From Thecamonas trahens ATCC 50062 (lineage: Eukaryota; Protista; Apusomonadida), in NCBI RefSeq assembly GCF_000142905.1, contig NW_013657659.1, positions 398,442 to 462,441 of the forward strand: 64,000 bases of DNA. The letters are read 5' to 3'. Below the pieces are notes generated by a model that was not told where the DNA came from, searched no databases, and was given only the letters and a program-made list of their open reading frames with translations. The translations under genes and the position numbers were made by a program. Shown piece by piece: positions 55,301 through 64,000 of this stretch (positions within the stretch are counted from its first letter, which is position 1; each line of letters opens with the position of its first letter).

Positions 55301-58300
55301 CTGCCGGCGGCGATGGGAGATCGGCGGCCAGGAGGCTAGCAGCTGCCGTGCCGGTGATGGTGCGGTCTGCCGACCCGAGCGGGATCGGGCGGGAGTAGGG
55401 CGCCGCAACGAGGGCGCGTGCGGTGTCGAGCGTCGGGTCTGCGCTCGGTGCTGCGGCAGAGTATGCAGCGCGCGCGCGCGCGGCGGCTGTGGCGCGAGCG
55501 GCGGCGAGCTCGGCATGCTGGACCGCGCGCTGGACATGCGGGTACATGCCCGGGTCGGCAAGGAGCGCCGCGTGCGAAGCATGCGGCGAGAGGGCATGCG
55601 CCAGGAGCGAGTAGCGGTTGGCCATGTGGAGCGAGCGGCTCGGTAGCGAGTCGATGCCGAGGCCGCGGGCGTTCAGCCATGCATGGTAGAGCGAGAGCTC
55701 GGCGGCCGGCGCCAGCGCGAGATCGGCCGGAACAGCGAGACGGAGCTCGGCGTACCGCTGAAGCTCGGTACCGAGATCCCACGGGAGGATCGGGAGCGAG
55801 GCGGCCATGGCCGGGCCCTGCAACGCCGCAAGCGAGGCGTTGAGGAAAACAGCCGAGAGTGCGAGGCGAAAAGCGGTGGCGTCCGGAGAAGGCGGCGCCG
55901 AGGCAAGGACGGAGGTGAGGAGGGCAAACATCTTGGCTTCGAGCGGGGCAAAAACACCATCCGAGACCGCTGACTCGAGCGAGGCACGTGCAACAATGTA
56001 CTCGCAATGGGCGAGGCGAAGGGCGAGGAGGAAGAGGCCCGAGGCGAGCGAGGGCGGGACGAGGAAGGCGTTGGAGGCGTGGACACGGTAGAGGAACGAC
56101 TTGGTGTCGAGGCCGTCGATCCAGGCGGGCGGCGCCGATCGCCACAGAGTGTGGCTCGCCAGCGGCGCGTCTGGCGCTGCGGCGATGGCGGGAACGTGAA
56201 GCGCGGAAACAAGGACAAACCACGAGGCTGCAGCGTCGCGAAGGACGAGGGCGTGCGGAAGGGCGGCAAGGAGGCCAGCGAGCGCAAGCGGCAGGCGGGC
56301 GGCCGGCGACCAGTATAACCCAGCGTGGTCGCGTGAGACCAAGATCTTGGCGCCTGGTGCTGCATCGAGCTCGTCTTCCACCCGGAAGCGCAGGCCGAGG
56401 CGCGGGAGATCAACCGCGAGCGGCGCAAGGTCGAGGGGGCGGCCCAGACGAGGGTGTGGGAAGCGTCCTCAAGGCGGAGGAGGGCGGCAGCGAGCGAGGC
56501 AGCAAACGGCGTGGCCGATCCGGCGGCGCGGGCGTGATGGATGTTGAGCAGTACGACATGGTCTGGCAGGCTACGGAGGTCAGGCGGCGAGGGCATGAAC
56601 GCCTCACGGACTGCCGAGAGCGAAGCAGAAGAGATCGAGTCAAAACGGCGAACAACCGTGACAACGTGCGGGGCGAGGCCGAGGCCAAGGTCGAGGCTGT
56701 CGGCGGCGGCAGGGGCGAGAGGCTCGGCCCAGAGCTCGACGTGGACGAACGAGCGGGTGAGAGCCGGGCGGCGCGGGTGGCCGACAAGATGCCGGTTGCC
56801 GACTTGTTGCCAGAACTGGTAGTCGGCAAGGAGAGCGTCCGGAAGCGCGCCGTAGAGGCAGTCGTCCGGGATGAGGGTCTCGTAGGAGCCGCCGAGGTGG
56901 AGCATGTCAAAGCGACGGGTGATGACCAAGTCGGGCTCGCGAAGAGGCGGCGGGAGGCTTGGATCGCCGCCGGCAGTGGAAGTCGGGCCGGATGCGGTTG
57001 TGAGGAGCCGCGGGAGAGCGTGGAGGGCGAGCGGTGCGGACGAGGCAAAGCAAGCGAGCGATGGAAGACGCGGCCGACCGAGAAGACGTTGTAGACCGAG
57101 ACAAGGCGAGTGATGGGTGAGGCCGTGATGAGCTTGAGGGAGCTGTTGGGCCCAGAGGCGTAGGCCGCGAGAGGAAGCGGCGTGCCTGTGGGAGCGGTGT
57201 CTGCGAGCGGGAGGGCCCATGTTGTGCCCGGGAACCAGCGGGCGAGAATGGGTTCAAGCGCCGACCAGGCCCAGACGTATCGCGGCGGCAAGTGGTGGCT
57301 TGCGGCGAAGGAGATGGTGGTCTCCTGAGCGAGGAGGGCTGCGAGGAGCTTGGGGCCGCGGTCGTCCGGGGTGAGCCAGTGGGCGATGTCAAGCGGTGCG
57401 GCAAGAATGCGGTAGCGCGAGCGGGCGGCCGAGTGGTCGAGGGCGAGGCACTGGACGCGGGCACCGCCGACGGCCGGTTCACCGTATGCGGCGACAAAGT
57501 CTGGGGCGCCGCCGAGAGCTTCGGCAAGCATGGCCATCTCGCGGTTCTTCATGGTGAAGAGGCCGAGCTGGACGTTGACCTCGGTGCCGAGGTCGGGTGA
57601 GCAGGTGCGCGCGAGCCACGAGGCGTAGTCTTCACCGGGCTGGGCGCAGAGGTCAAGCGAGTCGGCGACGAGGGCAAGCTCGGCCTGTGGCACGAGGCGA
57701 CCGTGGCATCCAGGCAAGCCGATGTGGGTCCAGACCCGCGACGGCGGCGGAAGCGGATCAAGCGACGAGAGCGGCGGGCCGAGTGGGGCTGACTTGGCCA
57801 GGACGTTGGAGACGGCGTCCATGACGGACGAGGTGACGCTCTCGCCGGCAGCATCGAGAAAGGCAAGAATGGCGTTGCGCGACGAGTCAAAGAGGGTGTA
57901 GAGGGTGATGAGAGGGAGGCCACCGAGGGTGAGGCAAGCGTCATCGGCTAGGGCGGCGGCGGCGCGAGTCCGCTCCAGCGGGGCGTCAAGGTAGGGTGAG
58001 CCCTGGGTCGACGGCGGATCGAGGTTGAAGGTCAGGTTGGAGTTGATGAACAGCTGGGTGCGAGGAGGGTGACGACATGGGGCGCCGTGAGTGCGTAGGC
58101 CTCCAGATTGGAGATCGAGAGCGCGATGTGACCCATGACGGCGCATGCAACGTCGAGGTTGTGCTCAGCAAGCGCGCGGAGGCGCCATCGCTCGAGAATG
58201 CGGTAGATCTTGTCAAAGAGGAGCGAGCGAAGCTTGGCAGCACCCTGGGCGAGCAGGTGGAGACTCGAGTGGGCAAGAGCCGGCGGGGCAGCAAGGTCTC

Positions 58301-61300
58301 GGCGCGGAGCGCGGTAGGAGGCACTGGCAACGCGCGGGGCATCGTCGATCCAGGCATGATGGCGGAGGAGGGCGAGGACATGGGCCTCGACCTTGACGGC
58401 CAGCCTGATGAGGTAAAGAAGGACGGGTGAAGTGGTGGGGAGTAGCGGCCGGGATCGAGGTCGGCGGCGAGGACCAGAAGCTTGAGAACGGCCTCGAGGC
58501 AGAGGCGTGGCGAGTGGATGAGCTCGTTGAAGAGGAGGCCGTTGGAGGTGGCAAAGACCTCGGGCTGTTCGAGAGCCGGGATGGAGGCCGGGAGAGTGCG
58601 GGCACCCGGGGCGAGCCAGGCACCGGGCTCAAAGAGGGCGGCGTCGAGAACGGCCTGCAGCTCCGGGGCGGCGAGAGCGTAGACACGGGTCTCGTCGGCA
58701 AAGAACTGCATGAGGAGCGGAATGCGAAGATACGGCGCGGTGAGGGTCTGCAGCATCAGCTCCGAGTCGCGGGCGGAGAGGACGTCGCCGAAGGTGGGCA
58801 TGTCAACGATGTGGAGGACGTCGTCTTCGTTGACAATGAGGGGACGACGGCGATCAGCCGAATCGGGCAGGGTCGACGCCTTTGCGTCGGACGGGAGCAG
58901 AGCGTTAGGGTCTGCGGCCGAGGGCGCGATGCGCGGGGCGCGGCCGGACGGGTTTGTAAAGGTGCGAAAGTAGGCCGAGATGACCGAGGGGGTGTACTTG
59001 GACATGCCCTTGGCGATTTTCTGGCCGAGCGAGACGCACGACAGCTCCTTGCCACCAAATGCGGAGACCTCAAAGCCGACGGTGGGATCGAACGACCACT
59101 CGAGCGCCGCGTCGATGGGCCGCCAGGCAGCGACAGGTGGCAGGGTCTCGGACGACGGGACCATGAGGAGGCGAAAGGTAAAGACAACGTCGCGGAGGAT
59201 GCGGAACTCGGGAAAGTGGTCTACGAGCGAGCGGTCGATGCCGACAACGTATCGCTCGAGAGTGATCGAGTTTGGTGGACCGGTAGAAAAGCCAAGGGCG
59301 AGGCAGAGTTGCGAGACAAAGGCGGTGTCGCCCGGCGAGAGAAAGTTGGAGCCATCAAACGAGAACAGGTTGTGGTCTTCGGGCACAGCACGAGCGGTCG
59401 AGGCAAAGTAGTCGAGGAGGGCGGCGCGGGCGAGGAGAAGGTCGGGCGAGGCAAAGAGCATGGTCTCGGACTCAAGGGCGTAAAAGCCAATGGAAAAGCC
59501 AAACGGCGCGACAGGGCCGAGTGCGGCGCCGGCGTAGTGAAGCGAGACCGGCGACGGGCGGTCGCAGGCGACGATGCGGATGATACGGTCAGTGAGGGCG
59601 GCCATGCAACCAAGGGTGGTGATGCGGGTGGCATCAAGGAAGCGGTCGATGGGAAGCGCCAGCGCAGCCGACGCAAAGTGGCGCGAGAGCAGGTCGATGA
59701 GATGGAGGAGGCGGGCCTGGGTCTCGGCCCGCATGGGCGAGGCGAGCCAAAAGCACGATGGCGTTTGTGGAGCGTCGAGAGGAAGCGGGAGCGGAAGAAC
59801 TGAGACAAAGAGGCGAGCAATGAGGGTGACCCGGATGAGGTACCCGTTCTTGACCTGTGCACCTTGGTTGGCGAGGAGAATCGAGGCATCGAGGGTATGC
59901 CGGAGCGCGTCGAGCGCATCATCGAGGCTTTCCACGGTAAGCGGAACGTCCGAGAGCTGGACTGGGCGGAAAATGGGAGGCAGCGGCGCACCGCCAGCGA
60001 GAGAGGCCGTGTCAAACGGATCGATCAGATGGGCGAGGTTCGGGAAGTCGGTGAGCGAGGCCGAGGCAGGCATGCCAGACACTGGGCTCGGGAGCACCGT
60101 GTGAGCGGCAGTGTGGAGGCTCGCGAGATGAGCTGCAATATTGGTGAGCGAGGTGAGTGTGGCGAGCTGGATTTCGGCGGTGCGGGGAGACGGCGGAGTG
60201 TGTGCGAGGGAGCGCGCCAGCGACCGGGCGTAGACGTCGAGCCGCGTGGCGTCGGCGGCGTCGGTGGCGGCAAGAAGGTCGGAGTCGTCGAGTGGAAGAA
60301 GCGCCGAGTGGACGGCGTCGAGGAGGGCGTAGCCGAGAGACGATCGAAAAGCAGGCGGGTCGGGCGAAGCAAGAGCCAGGGCGGCGACAACCAGCTCGAC
60401 ATAGTGGGAGTCGGCCGGGACGGAGCCGGCGTCAAGCCAGAGCGGCGGCGGAGGCGGCGGACACGATCGGCAGGGGAGGCTCTGTGTGAAGCTCAGCAGC
60501 CTGGAGTACAGCAGATCGAGGCCAGCAGCAAACGAGTCCTGCTCTGTGACCATCGGGGTGTAGACGTAGTGCCAAAAGGCGCCCAGCAAGAGGCAGGATG
60601 CTGGGAGCGGGACCGAGAGCAGCGGCGAGAGCCGGAGTCGGCCGGTGGCGTCGTCGATGTCGTAGGCGTGGTAAGGGAGGGCAAGGCCGTCGCGGCGCAT
60701 TGTCGAGACGAGGGTGAGCCGAGCGTCGTGGGCCGAGGTTGTGACCAGAAGCAAGAGGCAGACGGTGTCGTCGGGCGTGGTGACGCCAGTAGGGACGATG
60801 ATCGACGCACCCGGCGGCATGGCGGCACAGAGGGCGACGGTGTCGGCGACGAGAGTGACAGTATGCGCCTGAGCGCGGAGGCCTGATGCGCCAGCCAAGG
60901 CAGATATGAGCGCGAGAGCCGTGGCGGCGGCCGGCGGTGGAGCCGCGAGGTGCTCGACAAGCGTGGCGAGGGTGTGGCGGAGACGGGCAAGGGCGAGGGA
61001 GCGGGTCTGCGGCTCGCGGGGAGCGGGACATACATGCGTCGGCGCAAAGAGGGCAGCGGTGATAGGAGAAGCAAGCAGCACAATCGGCGGCGGAATGGCA
61101 GGGCCCGGGTCCGGAGGCTGGAAGTGCAGCAGGAGAGGCGGCTCGATGCCAGCGAGTGTCGCATCTGGTGGCGCATTGGGTGTCGCGTCGGGCTGCGAAG
61201 GCTCGGACGAGACGGCGGAGGTGTCTGGCGCGGATGCGGGTGCATGCAAGGCAAGAACGGCACCAAGAGCTGGTGATGACGATGTTGCGTCGGCGGCAAG

Positions 61301-61501
61301 GAGATCGGTACCCCACTTTGGGCCCGAGGTCGACGGGTCGGCGGCGGCGGCGGCGGCAGCGGCGGCAGCTGAGGCGGCGGCCGAGGCAGCGGCGGCGGCC
61401 GAGGTGGATGTTCTTCCGGACGAGCCCGGTGTGTATTTGTTGACGGCCTTCTTGACGTTCTTTACCGTCCGTGTGAGAAAGTTGTCGGCGAGGAAGGACA
61501 T
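49356..61501 (-). CDS. Giant (~4050-codon) DUF3638/DUF3645-type P-loop protein with C-terminal EF-hands, interrupted by four 1-nt deletions
   Basis: Five successive reading frames each shift by one base (near 58438, 58057, 57048, 56437); restoring 4 nt gives 12150 nt. Motifs: HQMIMGAGKTTVIAPLL, LDEVD, LAVPFVGKD, GFSGT, QAAFRMR, (QE)n, DADAAGSLT and DEARQGVVAFDDF. Confidence 0.8.
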
Positions 61502-61586
61502 GACGTTGTGTGTGAGTGAGGTGGTGTGTGTGGGAACAATGGTTCTGCGGCGGCAGTGGCATGTGGGTGTCACGGCAGAGGATTGT

Positions 61587-62600
61587 TTACGAGGGTGCGG
61601 CGGAGGCCGAGTATGTGGCATGGAGGCCAAAGTGGTCAGAGATGAAGATGGGGTGGTTGGTGGAGGCATGGTGGGCAAAGGGGATGGTGCCAAGCCGGTC
61701 AATGGAGGCTGGCGCGAAGCGCGAGGGCTGGAATAGGAGGATGCGATCGAGGCGTGCGTGCTTGGCAGTGGGCCGAAAGAGGGCGCGCATGATGTTGATG
61801 TCGGTGTCCTCGGTCCAGCCCGGGTCACCGGAGTGGAGCGTCGACCACGTGTCGAGTGAGACGTCGCGGAAGGCGGCATTAAGGGCCGAGTCGGCCGGGT
61901 CGAGCTCGGCGCACTCGTTGGTGTCGCCCATGAGCCACACGTCGTCGCCAGCGGCGACAAAGGTGGAGAGGCGGTCGATGAGGGCACGGCCCTGTAAGAG
62001 CCGCTTGTGATCCGAGCCGGCATTGACGGCAGACTCCATGTGGACGTTGCCGACAACCAGGCCGTGGCCATCGGGCGGGCCGAGGCGGACATAGAGCAGA
62101 TCGCGGCCCTGCTCAGTATCGGCAGGCGGGTAAGCCATGCGGACTACGTCGACGGGGAGGTCGACGCCCGGCCCGTCGAGCTCGGGCACCGCGAGACGGA
62201 CAAAGGTGACAGTAAAGTACCAGGCAAAGTGATCGTTTGGCGGCCACGAGCCGAGGTAGCGCGCGGAGAGCTCCGGATGAGCGAGCCACTGGGCCTTGAA
62301 CCAGAGGGTGGCTTCCTGGATGCAGACAAAGTCCGGGTCGGCAGCAAGGATGGCGTCGGCGAGAGCAGCAAAGCGAGCTTTGCGCTCGTACATCTCAAAC
62401 CAGATGTTATACGAGATGAACGATAGAGCTGAGGACGAGGACGACGAGGACGAGGCCGGCGTTGACAAGCGCGGCTCGTCACTTGTGTGCGACAGGGCGA
62501 CAGCGGCAGCCAGCCGCGCAGGAACACACACTGTCTGCTTCAGACCAGCACCGTCCATACTCTGGCTTTCACTCTCTGTCTTTGATTGGTTCTTGCCCAT
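61587..62600 (-). CDS. EEP-family phosphodiesterase, TDP2-like
   Basis: ISYNIW..R, PDFVCIQE, VHMES, MGDTN, RLDRI, ISDHFGL. Confidence 0.85.
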   Translation of the reverse strand: MGKNQSKTESESQSMDGAGLKQTVCVPARLAAAVALSHTSDEPRLSTPASSSSSSSSALSFISYNIWFEMYERKARFAALADAILAADPDFVCIQEATLWFKAQWLAHPELSARYLGSWPPNDHFAWYFTVTFVRLAVPELDGPGVDLPVDVVRMAYPPADTEQGRDLLYVRLGPPDGHGLVVGNVHMESAVNAGSDHKRLLQGRALIDRLSTFVAAGDDVWLMGDTNECAELDPADSALNAAFRDVSLDTWSTLHSGDPGWTEDTDINIMRALFRPTAKHARLDRILLFQPSRFAPASIDRLGTIPFAHHASTNHPIFISDHFGLHATYSASAAPS

Positions 62601-62922
62601 ACAACGGGGAAGGAGAGGGGAGGGGGGGGGGGAGGAAGGGTGAGAGAGGTAGTCTTCCATTCGAGAGTTCGAATGGCGTGTGGCCTGGCCGCCGTGTCGC
62701 AGACTTGGTGGTGGCGTGGCATGTTCGGTGGTGGTGGCGTGGCCCATCAGACGGCGAGTGCGGGAGGAGGGAGGAGGGAGGGAGGGAGGGAGGGAGGGAG
62801 AGGGTAGTGGTAATGGTACTTGACGTGCACGGGAGTGGAGGTCGAGAGTACTTGCTACAGACAGAGTAGCAGGTGGTTATTGTGCTGGATTGGTTGTGGA
62901 GGTCTCGGCTGGTGAACGGGGT

Positions 62923-64000
62923 ATGTGGACAGTGGGCAAGCACCTCCTGCGGTTTGGCCGCAATGTCTCAGTCATTGTCTTTGCCGTCGTGGCTGCGCTC
63001 ACCTATCTGAGCTGGTCCTGGACATGGCGCCGGGTTGTGGTTCCAGCTTGGGCGTTCTGTGTCTCGTTTGTGGTGTATGTGAACCCGGACGATGCATCTG
63101 AGGAGGAGGAGGACGACGAGGAGGAGGAGGAGGACGACGATGATGACGGCGGTGGCGCGGAAGAGGTGGAAGTGGCCAGCGGCGGCGTGGCCGGCGATGG
63201 TGGGGCGAGTGCGGGAGGATCGAGCGGGGTGCGGCGGTCGCCGATGCTGAAGCGGCGGGTGCCGCGGCGGGTGTACCGGCAGAATCTGGGGGTACAAAGT
63301 GGGAGCGGTGGCGAGTCGCCGCTGGCGTCGCCGGGGGCGGCCTGTTCTACAGTCTGTTCAGCGGGGGATCGAACGAGGCGAGCGCGAGCGTGGCAAGCCT
63401 GCACGATCTTGTAGATGCCGAGTGCATGCCCGAGGCTAGTGACGGATTCGTGGCGGCATGGGGCAAGGCGCTGATGCCGGACGTGTGGTGGGTGTGCGCG
63501 CGGGCGGAGCTGCGGCGCTCGGAGCGCGAGTGCGGCGAGTTTGCGAATATGGCGGAGGATGTGGCGGGCGACGAGGCGGTGCTTGCGCAGGCCGGGACGC
63601 TAGCGCGCGACGAGTACAAGGCGCGTGTCCGCGACATCCTGGGACAGCTGACAGCGGAGCAGGCGCCGTGGCTCCAGCGCGTTGTCCTGCTCTGCACACT
63701 CAAGGTGCTACGGCTGCTGTACGCATCGGGCATTTTTGTGGACGTGGAGGACGTGCGCCGTGTGGTGCGTGAGATGGAGGCGCGGCCAAAGGCAGCGCTG
63801 CTGCTGCTCCCGACGCACCGATCGGCGATTGACTACGTGCTGGTGTGGTACATGTGCGTGGTGTGCCGGCTCCCGCTCCCGTACATGGTGGCCGAGTCGA
63901 AGCACCTCGAGCGGTCGTGGCTCAAGGCGTTGCTGGTGTACATTTTCCGGTCGCTGGGCTCTATCTTCCCGGACCATGCAGCGCTCGAGTCTGATCCGCT
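62923..64000 (+). CDS. Glycerol-3-phosphate/DHAP acyltransferase (GPAT/GNPAT-like), 3'-truncated; apparent 1-nt deletion at 63363-63367
   Basis: Frame open to the window end with LLLLPTHRSAIDY (HxxxxD), LPLPY, IFRSLGSIF; N-terminal hydrophobic and acidic part lies in the adjacent frame. Confidence 0.8.

Noticed and set aside
49356-61501. Four or five separate genes, or a pseudogene
   Set aside because: Frames join seamlessly by single-base restorations at homopolymers with no internal stops; a recent pseudogene cannot be fully excluded.
1-64000. Functional gene cluster or operon
   Set aside because: Neighbouring genes have unrelated housekeeping functions and mixed orientation.

Overview
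Eukaryotic, very GC-rich, gene-dense and intron-poor nuclear DNA; the style suggests a protist such as the apusomonad Thecamonas, but the taxon is only an inference. About 28 protein genes are present. Recognisable ones: NSUN5, a PPR protein, SPT6, a 3xLIM protein, DNLZ/Zim17, a SHIP-type inositol 5-phosphatase with a WW domain, a C2-AGC kinase (Ypk/SGK type), RPT6, AcpS, NEK2/NIMA, a calpain with extra domain-III repeats, a divergent CK2-alpha, OSGEP/Kae1, a TDP2-like EEP enzyme and a GPAT/GNPAT acyltransferase. Two features stand out. (1) A structurally complete 2810-bp hAT DNA transposon (28519-31328) with 13-bp TIRs, a perfect 8-bp TSD and an intact BED/DDE transposase. (2) A ~4050-codon giant gene (49356-61501, minus), split by four single-base homopolymer deletions, encoding a DUF3638/DUF3645-type protein with a set of SF2-helicase-like motifs and C-terminal EF-hands. 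Many genes have an intron near the 5' end (donors mostly GTACG/GTATG). Seven apparent frameshifts, six of them at homopolymers, are most likely sequencing errors. No rRNA, tRNA or CRISPR array was recognised.
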